Shown here: positions 10,082-20,018 of the stretch, in pieces
How the letters are laid out: every line of letters starts with the position of its first letter
Numbering within the stretch: the stretch's first letter is position 1
Source of the DNA: Pirellulales bacterium
Lineage (GTDB): Bacteria > Planctomycetota > Planctomycetia > Pirellulales > PALSA-1355
Assembly (NCBI GenBank): GCA_963733035.1
Contig: CAVTBU010000008.1
Span: 288,001-352,000, forward strand
Direction: 5' to 3'
Length of the DNA stretch: 64,000 nt
Position numbers and translations under genes: made by a program
The notes under the pieces: generated by a model
Seen by the model: only the letters and a program-made list of their open reading frames with translations
Databases searched by the model: none
What the model was told of the DNA's origin: nothing

Positions 10082-13000
10082 CTATCGCCCGTGGGAATGA
10101 CCGAGCCCAAACCACCAGTTGTCAACGAGCGACTCGACTCGAGCGTCGTCCGTCGCGGCCAGCGCAAACGCCACGACATCCTGATCTTCGTCGATCGCCG
10201 GCACATCGGGAGTCCAAAGGGCTCCTTGCGGCGGCACTTCCACCGTCGTCGGCGTTGCGATCGTCCCGCCCAAAGCCAATAGCGGCAAGAACCCCACGCT
10301 CGTATGGGCAATCCCCTCGTCCGCCGCGTCGACTTGCCCGTCTCGATTGAAATCATAGATGCTGGTCACAAATTCAGCAGCTGACGCATGGAGGCGAACC
10401 GCAATGGCATCGGCCGCATTCGTGACCAAAAGCCGATCGGGCGAAAACGCGAACGTATCGCCAACCCGATTGCCAAAATAAAACACGTCGCTCTCGGCCA
10501 ATCCGGTGTTCGTGTTAAAGCCGCCCTGGGCATCATTCCCCTTGACGATCACTTGCAGCCACGTATTTTTGATTGCACCATCGGGCCAGATGATTTCCAC
10601 ACGATCCGATCCATTCGCACCGGCCCCCGCGCGAACCGTAATCTCCGCCGGATCAGGTGCGGCCGTCCACAACTCGGGGGCATTGTTCGTGCCAATTCGG
10701 AAATCAAAGTCGGCAGCCGTCAGCGCGCCATGGATGCCCACCAGATCGATCATCAGCCCGTTGATCCCCTTGTCGTAGCTGGTGACGCTGTTGGCCGACG
10801 CGCCCCCCGCACTCGGCCGGTAGGCGACTTTGTCGGTGGCAATTGCCTCATCGTCGGGCGTGCTGGCTTCGGCAGTCATCTGGTCGAACGTCGACTCGTT
10901 GTAAAAGACGTGGCGGCCCACAACGACACTGGCCTCATGCAACGTCCACAGTTCCGCTCCAACCGATGAGTCACGATTGGCAAAGAACAGCTTGCCCGAC
11001 GCGGTTTCCAGGTATTCCGCGTCGATCCGATCGCTGACTTTGACGGTTCCGGACGACGTTCCGTCCGATGTCCACAGGGTCTCGTCATTCGCGAGAAAGT
11101 AGAGGGCGCCGCCCACGTTGATCAACTGTCTCGGGTAAGACCCAGCCGGACCTGGCGCAATGTCCTTGACCAGTTGTGTCCCGACGGTCGTACCGTCGGT
11201 TTTCCAAAGCTCGCTTCCTGTCGCATCGTCGCTTTTGACGAAGTAGCACGTGCCGTCGACTTCCGTTAGTTCGCTAGACCATCCCTCGGCGATCACTTGC
11301 GTCCCCGCGACCGTGCCATCACTTTCAAACAGCGCTCCATGACCCGAATCGTCGATTCCGTCAAAAAGCAATAATCCGCCGAGGCTTTCCAAATACCTTG
11401 TCGATGTCAATTGACGCAGTGCGACCGTTCCTTCTGTCGTGCCATCGCTTGTCCACAAGGTGCGCACGCTGCCGACATCGCGGAGGAAGAACAGACGGCC
11501 GTTTGCATTTGTCAGATACGTCACGTCGGTGCGACTTGTTTCCGGATCAAAATCCTTGACCCGCGTTGTCCCATCGTGCGTGCCGTTGCTTTTCCACAAG
11601 TCGACTCCGCTCCCATCATCGGCAGCGAAAAACAGGTCGCCGCCTACGTGCCCCAAGTCGCTCAGACCTGAGTTGAAGCCCTTGATTAGACTTGTTCCTT
11701 CGGTCGTCCCATCGCTCTCCCACAACTCCTTGCCGTACCTAAAGAACAGCATGCCGTCGACGACGTCGGCATCCCAGTAACCAAACGAATTACTCGCAAT
11801 GCCAAAGTCGTGCACGAGCACGGTCCCTGCCGACGTCCCGTCACTTCTCCACAATGCCGATCCGTACTTGTCGTCGCTCCAGTTTGTAACGTACGTGACC
11901 AAGATCAACGCGACGCCGTTCACGTTGTACATGGAATTCACCGAAGTACCGCGCAGCCCCGGCGTGATATCCTTGACCAACGCGGTACCATCGGTTGTGC
12001 CGTCGGTTCTCCAGAGTTCCTCGCCATGATTTCCATCATTGGCCAGAAAGAGCGTCGTGCCATTAATCCCCACAAACGCCATCGGCCAAGACGATCCGTC
12101 AGTCACCGTGGTGTTGATGTCCTTGATGAGCATCGTGCCCGTGGGAGTTCCATCTGTCGTCCATAGCTCGTCTCCGTACGACCCTGCGTCGCTTGAGAAT
12201 ATAAGGGAGTTGCCAAGCACAACACCCCCTGAGGCGCGGAAACCGCTCGACCAGTCTTCTAACAAGACGGATACGCCGAGATCGTCAGCGCCCCAAAGTT
12301 GAATGACAGTATTGTCGCGCAGTACCTCAAACAACGCCTTGCCGTTAACGATTGCCAATGGACGCACCGAGATTTGATAGCTGGACGAAATCTCTTGGAC
12401 CAAACGGGTGCCCGCTTCCGTCCCGTCGCTCTTCCAAATTCCAACCTGATAGTCCGTCCCCCAAGCCTGGAAATACAGCGTTCCACCCAGGTTGATCAAC
12501 CACCGAGGTTCAGAGCTGCTGTAAGCATGAATATCCTGGACTCGCGTTGTCCCTTCGCTGGTGCCGTCGGACTTCCATAGCTCCACGTCGCCCGCGGAAT
12601 CCATGCCTGCAAACAGCAACTCGCCATTGAGATTGGCCATTCCGACGAAATAACCTGGCAGGCGTACGCCATCGATCATCGCGGTCCCAGCGGCGGTCCC
12701 ATCGCTCTTCCAGAGGGAGTGATGTGCCGGATAATCGGCCTCAAAAAAAAGCGTGCCGCTGACCTTCGTGACCAGCCGGATACCGTCCGACGACGTCCCC
12801 GGATTGATATCCTTCACCATCACTGTTCCGGCGGCAGTTCCGTCACTGGTCCACAGCTCTTCGCCATGCACCCCGTCGTCGGCGGTGAATACCAGCTTGC
12901 CATTCAGCTCCGTCAGGTAGCCCGGCGAACTACTTGCATTACCGGCGGCGATGTCTTTGACCATCATCGTTCCGGAGGCGGTGCCGTCACTCTTCCAAAG

Positions 13001-13477
13001 TTCGCGTCCGGCGTCGCCAGAACCGGCCGAGAAATACACGGCGTCACCGACTACGGCCAATCCGTACGGAAAGTCAGCGTGGTCCGCAGGCATATCCACA
13101 GCAACAACAGTCCCCGCGGAAGTGCCATCGCTTTTCCAGATCCGAAAGGAGTCTTCGTAGTACCAAAAGACCCACAGATGGTCGCCGAAGACGACCAGCT
13201 TTTGTCCAATACCGCGTACGCCTCCGAGGCTCTTGACGAGTTCCGTGCCCGCCTCCGTGCCGTCGGTTTTGCAAAGCTCGGAATCTTTCGTCGTGAAGTA
13301 GACCGCGCCCTGAAACGCCACAAAGTTCGCGGGGTCGGAATCCGCGGTCGTCGCGTTGATGTCTTTGACCAGCGCCGGGACGGAAGTGAGCATCCGCCGC
13401 TCTTCCAGCGACTCAAAACATCGCGACCAAGTTGCGCGCTCAGAGCGCGCGAGCCAATTCCGTTTTATTCGAGTCAT
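10082..13477 (-). CDS. Second ELWxxDGT-repeat surface protein (tandem paralogue)
   Basis: FESLEERRMLT motif, ELWKSDGT repeats, same C-terminal module; start at MTRIKRNW behind GGAGG. Confidence 0.9.
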   Translation of the reverse strand: MTRIKRNWLARSERATWSRCFESLEERRMLTSVPALVKDINATTADSDPANFVAFQGAVYFTTKDSELCKTDGTEAGTELVKSLGGVRGIGQKLVVFGDHLWVFWYYEDSFRIWKSDGTSAGTVVAVDMPADHADFPYGLAVVGDAVYFSAGSGDAGRELWKSDGTASGTMMVKDIAAGNASSSPGYLTELNGKLVFTADDGVHGEELWTSDGTAAGTVMVKDINPGTSSDGIRLVTKVSGTLFFEADYPAHHSLWKSDGTAAGTAMIDGVRLPGYFVGMANLNGELLFAGMDSAGDVELWKSDGTSEGTTRVQDIHAYSSSEPRWLINLGGTLYFQAWGTDYQVGIWKSDGTEAGTRLVQEISSSYQISVRPLAIVNGKALFEVLRDNTVIQLWGADDLGVSVLLEDWSSGFRASGGVVLGNSLIFSSDAGSYGDELWTTDGTPTGTMLIKDINTTVTDGSSWPMAFVGINGTTLFLANDGNHGEELWRTDGTTDGTALVKDITPGLRGTSVNSMYNVNGVALILVTYVTNWSDDKYGSALWRSDGTSAGTVLVHDFGIASNSFGYWDADVVDGMLFFRYGKELWESDGTTEGTSLIKGFNSGLSDLGHVGGDLFFAADDGSGVDLWKSNGTHDGTTRVKDFDPETSRTDVTYLTNANGRLFFLRDVGSVRTLWTSDGTTEGTVALRQLTSTRYLESLGGLLLFDGIDDSGHGALFESDGTVAGTQVIAEGWSSELTEVDGTCYFVKSDDATGSELWKTDGTTVGTQLVKDIAPGPAGSYPRQLINVGGALYFLANDETLWTSDGTSSGTVKVSDRIDAEYLETASGKLFFANRDSSVGAELWTLHEASVVVGRHVFYNESTFDQMTAEASTPDDEAIATDKVAYRPSAGGASANSVTSYDKGINGLMIDLVGIHGALTAADFDFRIGTNNAPELWTAAPDPAEITVRAGAGANGSDRVEIIWPDGAIKNTWLQVIVKGNDAQGGFNTNTGLAESDVFYFGNRVGDTFAFSPDRLLVTNAADAIAVRLHASAAEFVTSIYDFNRDGQVDAADEGIAHTSVGFLPLLALGGTIATPTTVEVPPQGALWTPDVPAIDEDQDVVAFALAATDDARVESLVDNWWFGLGHSHGR

Positions 13478-13525
13478 CCTTGACCGACCTCCGAGATCCA
13501 CCAACCCGAGCGAGGGGGCAGGGGA

Positions 13526-13554
13526 AGTCTAGATGGCGCGCCAAGGCAGGTCAA
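13526..13554 (-). promoter_or_regulatory. sigma70-like promoter TTGACC-N17-TAGACT
   Basis: Same hexamers and spacer length as 9958-9986. Confidence 0.7.
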
Positions 13555-13628
13555 TCGGAATCGATCGCCTCGCCCCTCTGCACGGCGTGGCGTTAAGATG
13601 CGAATCGTGAAAAGGCAGTCCGGTTACG

Positions 13629-14465
13629 CTAGAACCGCCAGCCAAAACCCGTATTCGCGAAGAAGTTCGCCGCGTCGGGCGTGACGCCCCAGCCGAGGCG
13701 CAAACCGACTTCCAGGTTGGGCGTGAAGTTGTAGTGCGCGCCGGGGCTAATGAACCCGCGCTGGGTATCCTGGATCCAGCCTTGCGAGTAGACGCCGAAG
13801 TACTCCAGGTGCGCGTGCCAGCGCTCGGTCACCGGAATGCGCAGCACGATCGACGGGCCCCAGCGGTTGAACGCGATATTCCGCTCATTGCCCATCGCAT
13901 ACCGCAGCGCCGAGTCGAGCCGCCAGCCGTTCGCCAGTTCCCAGCCGCCGGAATACGTAACCACCGGCTGCGAAGCCGGTGCGTCGCCGCTGGTGGGCGT
14001 GAAACCCTCGACAATGGCACAGCTTCGCGGAATCCAGCCCCGCTGGTCGGTGAGTGACACTTTCACTCCGTACAGCGTGTGCGACTCATAAGAAACGCCT
14101 TCACCGGTCAGCCCCTCGGAGCTTTCCTCGGCAGTCACCACGTTGCCTGCGCCACCGGCTTCGTAGTTCCAGCCCAGCCGCAATTCAATCCGGTCGGTAA
14201 GGCCGTAACGAAACAGAGTTTCCGGAAAGCTGTTGATGTCCGCGTCATGGCGGTTGTCGATATACGAATACGACGACTCAAGCACGTACCACCCCGTCCC
14301 CACGGTGTCGGTGGCCGGAGTAAACGCATCGCGGTCGGTCTCCAGCTCGGGCAGCAGGTTGAATTCCGAAAGCTGCTCCTGTCCTGCGGCAAATCGGGCA
14401 CCACGGACCAACGGCACAAAGGCCAGCAGGACGATGGAGACGAACATTGCAAAGCGGCGCGACAT
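13629..14465 (-). CDS. Outer-membrane beta-barrel protein (MetA-phenol-degradation/transporter family)
   Basis: Signal peptide, LETDRDAFT, PETLFRYGLTDRIELRLGW, C-terminal aromatic FGWRF. Confidence 0.75.
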   Translation of the reverse strand: MSRRFAMFVSIVLLAFVPLVRGARFAAGQEQLSEFNLLPELETDRDAFTPATDTVGTGWYVLESSYSYIDNRHDADINSFPETLFRYGLTDRIELRLGWNYEAGGAGNVVTAEESSEGLTGEGVSYESHTLYGVKVSLTDQRGWIPRSCAIVEGFTPTSGDAPASQPVVTYSGGWELANGWRLDSALRYAMGNERNIAFNRWGPSIVLRIPVTERWHAHLEYFGVYSQGWIQDTQRGFISPGAHYNFTPNLEVGLRLGWGVTPDAANFFANTGFGWRF

Positions 14466-14821
14466 GGACAAGGCATCAAAGAAAACGTTTAGGTGTCGCC
14501 TTGGCTGAGACGAGGCCGGTTGTCTCGCCACGCTGCAGTTCTCTGCTCGTGCGGCCGAATTGCTCCCCCGGCAGCCGATTCGTTTACGGGGAAAGCCGGT
14601 CGTGGTACCAGCTATCGACAGGAGCCTCACTATCGCGTTAGGTCGATGGAAGTTACATCGAGTTCGCAATCCTCCCAAGTTGAGGATCGCTCGGATCGCG
14701 CCGCTCAGTCAAAGTGGGCAAGAGTTGCGGGCACCCTCGCAGTGGCCAAGGGTCGAGCGGGCAGGGGGCCGATCAAAAACTTGATAGCATCCCAAGCAAC
14801 GAATCGCAGGAGTTCACCACC

Positions 14822-14998
14822 ATGCCGTCGATGTTCGAGTTTGTCGTGGTCGTCCTGGCGATGGGAAAAGCACTCTTGATGGTGGGTGGAATCGTCGCGA
14901 GCGTTTGCGCCGTCTCCTGGTCCGCTCGCATCGCCTGGCAGCAGTTGGCCCAGGATGCATCGCCAGCGACTCAAGGGCCGCAGCCTAACCGCGGATAA
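14822..14998 (+). CDS. Small hydrophobic hypothetical protein
   Basis: 58 aa with hydrophobic helix, AGGAG upstream. Confidence 0.35.
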   Translation: MPSMFEFVVVVLAMGKALLMVGGIVASVCAVSWSARIAWQQLAQDASPATQGPQPNRG

Positions 14999-15049
14999 CT
15001 GGCGGCCAGGCACTTCCACGCTCGTCGCCCGCTTGTTGGAAAAAACTGG

Positions 15050-15090
15050 TTGACAATGCGCGCTGTCAGCTGTACTATCGTGCTAGTACA
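15050..15090 (+). promoter_or_regulatory. sigma70 promoter (TTGACA-N17-TACTAT) overlapped by operator palindrome TGTACTA-N6-TAGTACA
   Basis: Consensus -35 at 15050-15055, -10 at 15073-15078; perfect 7-bp inverted repeat spanning 15071-15090 just upstream of the GntR gene. Confidence 0.8.
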
Positions 15091-15111
15091 CAGAAACAGC
15101 GGGGCCGGAGC

Positions 15112-15501
15112 ATGTTTTTTCAGATTGATCCCAACAACGGCCTGGCCATCTACGACCAGATCGTGCGGCAGGTCAAGTTTGCCGTTGCCGGCGGTGTGCT
15201 ACGCACGGGCGAATTGGTCCCCTCGGTGCGCGAATTGGCCCGCGAGCTGGCCATCAATCCCAATACGATCGCCCGGGCATACCGGCAACTACAAGACGAG
15301 CAGGTGCTCGCGGCGGTCCGCGGCACGGGCCTCGAAATTGCCACCGGCGCCGCGCAGCGTTGCCGCCAGCAGCGATTGCATCTCATCCGCGCGCGGCTCC
15401 GCCAGGTGCTCATCGAAGCGCGACACAGCGGACTCGATCCAGACGAAATCCGCAAGCTTGTCGATACGGAATTCTCACTTGTCAGCAAACAAGGGGTTTA
15501 G
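15112..15501 (+). CDS. GntR family regulator, YtrA subfamily
   Basis: IYDQI..PSVRELARELAINPNTIARAYRQL; short C-terminus; precedes an ABC ATPase. Confidence 0.92.
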   Translation: MFFQIDPNNGLAIYDQIVRQVKFAVAGGVLRTGELVPSVRELARELAINPNTIARAYRQLQDEQVLAAVRGTGLEIATGAAQRCRQQRLHLIRARLRQVLIEARHSGLDPDEIRKLVDTEFSLVSKQGV

Positions 15502-15505
15502 CGCG

Positions 15506-16435
15506 ATGCAACCGGTGATCCGACTCGACGGCGTGACGAAGACCTACGGCTCGCAGCGGGCCCTCGACGGGCTTTCCATCGAGGTGCCCGCCGGAGTCGT
15601 GTTTGCCCTGCTCGGCGAGAACGGCGCCGGCAAGACCACCTCGATCCGCATTCTGCTCGGACTCACCGCGCCCGACCAGGGGCAGGCCACCGTACTCGGA
15701 CTCGACAGCACGCGCCAGGGACAACTCGTGCGCAGTCGAGTCGGGTACGTGGCCGAACGCCCCACGCTCTACGACTGGATGAAAGTCAGCGAAATCGGCT
15801 GGTTCACCGGCGGGTTCTACCCCAGCGGCTTTTACGATCGCTTCTTGCGGCTGGCCACCGACTATCAATTGCCGCTCGATCGCAAGATCAAGGCCCTCTC
15901 AAAAGGGATGCGGGCCAAGGTCTCTTTGGCGCTTGCGCTGGCCCACGAGCCCGAAGTGTTGATCCTCGACGAGCCCACCTCGGGGCTCGACACCCTCGTG
16001 CGCCGCGAGTTTCTGGAAGGCATGGTCGACATCGCGGCCGCCGGCCGCACCGTGCTGCTGTCGAGTCATCAGATTGGCGAAGTCGAACGCGTGGCCGACA
16101 TCATCGCCATCCTCCGCGACGGAAAACTAATCCTCGTCGAAAAGCTCGACGCTCTTAAGGACGAAATCCGCGAACTAAACGTCACGCTCAGCGACAGCGT
16201 GCGACAGTTGCCCCCGATCGGCGGCGATATCCTCAACCAGCGGCGACACCACAACCAGTGGCAACTGCTGGTGCGCGGACTGAGCGACGAACAACTCGAA
16301 TCGCTCCGCCTTTCTGAATGGGTGCACGAACTGGGAGTTCGCACGCCCTCGCTCGAAGAGATCTTTGTGGCCTACCTCAAGCGCGGCGAACCGGATTCCG
16401 GTCAACCGGCCGCCCAACACGAGGTGACCCCATGA
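15506..16435 (+). CDS. ABC transporter ATP-binding protein
   Basis: GENGAGKTT, LSKGM, LILDEPTSGLD, SSH. Confidence 0.95.
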   Translation: MQPVIRLDGVTKTYGSQRALDGLSIEVPAGVVFALLGENGAGKTTSIRILLGLTAPDQGQATVLGLDSTRQGQLVRSRVGYVAERPTLYDWMKVSEIGWFTGGFYPSGFYDRFLRLATDYQLPLDRKIKALSKGMRAKVSLALALAHEPEVLILDEPTSGLDTLVRREFLEGMVDIAAAGRTVLLSSHQIGEVERVADIIAILRDGKLILVEKLDALKDEIRELNVTLSDSVRQLPPIGGDILNQRRHHNQWQLLVRGLSDEQLESLRLSEWVHELGVRTPSLEEIFVAYLKRGEPDSGQPAAQHEVTP

Positions 16436-19400
16436 ACGCCACGCCGCTGCGCTGCCTGCTCTGGAAAGAGTACCGAGCCATCCGGGCGTTTTGGATCGCT
16501 CTGGTGCTGTTGGCCCTGGGGCTGCAAGCATTAATGCTGCTCACGTCCAGCGATCAAGCGCTCACCCAATTGTTTGTCTACAACGTGGCCCTGGCCACGC
16601 CAGTCTTCTTCGCCCTGGGCTGTGTGGGTACCACCTTTGCGATGGAAAAAGAGGACGGGACGTATGAATGGCTGCAGGCCTCGCCGGTCAATGATCGGCA
16701 AGTGCTTGTCAGCAAATTGGTGCTCGCCACGCTTGCCACGGTGGGAATGTATTTCGTGTTGTTGCCGCTTGCGCTTTGGATCGAAGGTGCCGAGCTGCCT
16801 GCGGCCGATACCCTGCGCGGCATGCTCGGCCTCTGGCTGCTGGCCGCCGTCGAAGCCATCGCCTGGGCCACTCTGTTTTCGCTACTCTCTGCTCGGCCGC
16901 TGACGGCCATCGTCCTGGCAATGGTGGTAACATCGAGCCTCACGCATCTAATGGCATGGACCGTTACGCCAGGACGAACCTACCATTTCCACTTTGCGCC
17001 CTACCTGACTGCGGTCCCCTGGCGGTTGGCCGTGATCCTCCCCGTCATGTTGGCCGATGTTTACCTGGGCTTGCGCTGGCTGCACGGAGAGCAACAATCT
17101 CCGGCGATGAAGCGACCATCTTCGCTACAGCAGCGTCTGCGAGCATTTTATATGCGGCTCAGGGCCTGGCCGGCCACTCCGACACAGACCGTGGTCAACA
17201 ACTTGGTTTTATTGACCCTGATCGTTGTTGCCTCCTACACGCTGTTGTGGCCGCTCACTTTGTGGCTAAACAATCCACCTGTGGAGATATCAGGCAGATT
17301 GAGCCGCGACGTCGTCGGCTTGCTGTTGCTGTCGATTGTCGAAGCATCTGCTTGGACCGCGTTTTTCTATTTCCTATCGAGGCGGCCCTGGGGATCGATC
17401 GCGCTCGGACTCGTTACGGCCTCAGTCGTCACCCGAGGGCTAATCTGGCTGATGCCGGGCACGCGTACATATTCCGCGTATGCGTTGTATCATCAAAACG
17501 TCATTCCGTGGAGATTGTTGCTCCTGCTGGTGCTCATCGCGGTAGACATCTACCTTGGCTCCGGCTGGTGGCACGACAGGCATTGGGCGTCCACGCTTCG
17601 CGGGGGGCTTCTCGCGCGAACACGTGATCAAAAAAGCAACGCGCTGTTGCCGTATCTCCAGTGGCGCGATCGTGGCATGATTTTGGGGCATTTGCTTTGG
17701 CAGCATTGGCGGCAGTCGTTGCGGCTGATGTTGCTGATGTCGACGCTGCAGATCGCGATGTCGATGCTGGTGATGTACTCTGGGGCCGACAAGGACAACA
17801 CGCTTGCGATTCTGCCGCTGCTCGGGATGGCCGCCGTGATGGGGGCCTGCGTCTTTCTGCCCGACCAGGAGCGCCGCCATTTCCGTTTTTTCGTCGAGCA
17901 CAACGTGTCGCCGCGCTATGTGTGGCTGACGCGGCTGGTGCCATGGATGGTCATCGCGGCCGCCTCCTCATTCATCGTGATGTTGTTCTGGATCGGCATC
18001 CGCACGTTGGGCAAGCTGGTCTGGGCGATGCTGACGATGTTTCAAGTCTTCACCACGCTCGACAACGGTAACCGAGTCGAGATCAACGCCTACTACACGC
18101 TGCCACCGATCTTCCTCGGTGTCGCGGGGGCCCTGTTGGCCTTCACCATCGGCCAGTGGGTCTCGATGATGGTTCGTAGCGGACTGCTCGCCGGCTTTTT
18201 CAGCCTGCTTCTGGCCGGAACGCTGGGCTGCTGGACACTTGCGGTCTACAGCATGAGCCTGAGTTGGCTAATGTTCATTGCCCCAATTCCACTTGTTCTG
18301 CTGTGGGCCACCTGGCTCCGCGCTCCCGATTGGATTGTGGAAAATGCGACCTGGCGAGCAAGGCTGAAAGCCGGCTCGACGGTCGTCGTGCCGACGCTCG
18401 CATTGCTCGTCGCCGCCCCATTTGCGCATCGCACAAGTTCCGGATGCGTATCCCGGTTTCTCTCCCGCCGTATATGTTGCCGAGATTACTCCCGCGGGGT
18501 TGGCAACCGGCGAATTATATCGGCGAGCGAACGAATTGAGCACACATTTCGGCCTCGAGCCGCGAGAACTACAGCAACCGGAACCATTTCTATCACAAGA
18601 CCAGAGGAAGCGTCTGGACGAGAGTAAGGAGTCGCTGGAGCTAGTCCTTGAGGCAAGCAAGCGCCCGGAATGCTTTCTCGCCAATCCGGCCACACTCGAC
18701 AATTGGCCACAGGTCAATGATCTGGGTTTAACCAACCTGGTACTGGCAAGCGGCCGTTCGTTCGAGGCGGAAGGAAAACTCGACGAAGCCCTCGACCGCT
18801 ACCTGCTCGCATTCAAAGTAAAGGCCGATCTGACCAATCACGCACCGAAATTCCATCAACATGTGTATGCTCGCAATCTCGATGCCTCCGGAGAAAAATT
18901 CAGCGAACTTGTCGGCTGGGCTGCCCAACCGGGTCAGACGGACCAGACGATTCGCAAAGCGATCCAGGCCCTCGAAGCAATCGACTTCAACACGCTACAT
19001 GGCAAGGACTCTCTCAAAAGCAACAATATCCTTTGCCGCCGTTTTCTCGCTGGCGATGAGCAACTTTCGCACCTTTTCTACAACACTAATATGGAACCAT
19101 ACCTCGCTGCCCGGCAAATGCTGCTGAGCAGGCTGATGCCTTGGGAACGGGCGCGGGAAGAGCGGCAGCTCAATCTGTTCACCGGTATCATGCTGAGGGG
19201 ACTCCATCAAGCCGGCGAGGCAATGGCTCGTGGAGAAAACGTGTCGGACTTTGCTGATCCCTATCGGAATCGCCCATGGGAATCTCCCCCGCTTAACATC
19301 GCTTGGCGCATACAACGCTGGGGTGACGGCGTCATCTCGAACGCGATCGCCTTCGAAACCTATCGTCGCGCCACGCTCTTGATACTGGCAATCGAAGCTT

Positions 19401-19843
19401 ACCGCCTGCAACACGGCGAACTGCCGGCGGCACTCGACGATCTCACTGGTGACCCCGGGACGGGGGACGCTTATTTCGAAACCTTGCCGCACGACCCCTA
19501 TTCCGGCCGCGACTTTGTTTACTTTCCGCAAGGCATTCCCCAACCGCGCACGCCAATCGAAACCGCGGAGCTAGAAGAATCTGAACGAAGTTGGTATCGG
19601 CGGTTCAGCGGCACGATCCAACTCGGCGTGCCCTGCCTGTGGAGTCCCGGCATGTATCTGCTGACTCGCCAGCAGATCCCTAATACACCCGCGTCGGAAA
19701 CCGAAGAAACCACCACGCCGGCGCTCATCTACTACAGCTACCGCCACCACCAAAACTTGCTTCAAATCCCCGACTATCACGCGTGGCTGCGCGGCGAGAG
19801 CTTCCCCATTCCCGCTCAGTTGAAAGAAAAACCTGCCGAATGA
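16432..19843 (+). CDS. Large ABC-2-type permease with C-terminal extracytoplasmic domain, frameshift near 18420
   Basis: LLWKEYR..FAMEKEDGTYEWL; many TM helices; ORF 18422-19843 continues directly after the last TM helix in another frame; ATGA overlap with the ATPase. Confidence 0.75.
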
Positions 19844-19948
19844 ACCGCAAGAAAGCGTCCGCTACTGGCCGCTGACTTTTCGCCGAATCGACACGTCGGC
19901 CCTACACGCACCAAAAATCCATCGCCTATCGCACATGTCTGGCGAAAG

Positions 19949-19977
19949 TTGACTCGCCCCCTTCACGCTATTACACT
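19949..19977 (+). promoter_or_regulatory. sigma70-like promoter TTGACT-N17-TACACT
   Basis: Near-consensus hexamers 42 bp upstream of ATG 20019. Confidence 0.6.
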
Positions 19978-20018
19978 CCGCGCGGGCGTCCACTTTCGGT
20001 TCTGGCGGGAAGGTTCCC

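Noticed and set aside
6447..13483. Long plus-strand ORFs opposite the ELWxxDGT genes
   Set aside because: Antisense shadows of repetitive GC-rich coding sequence
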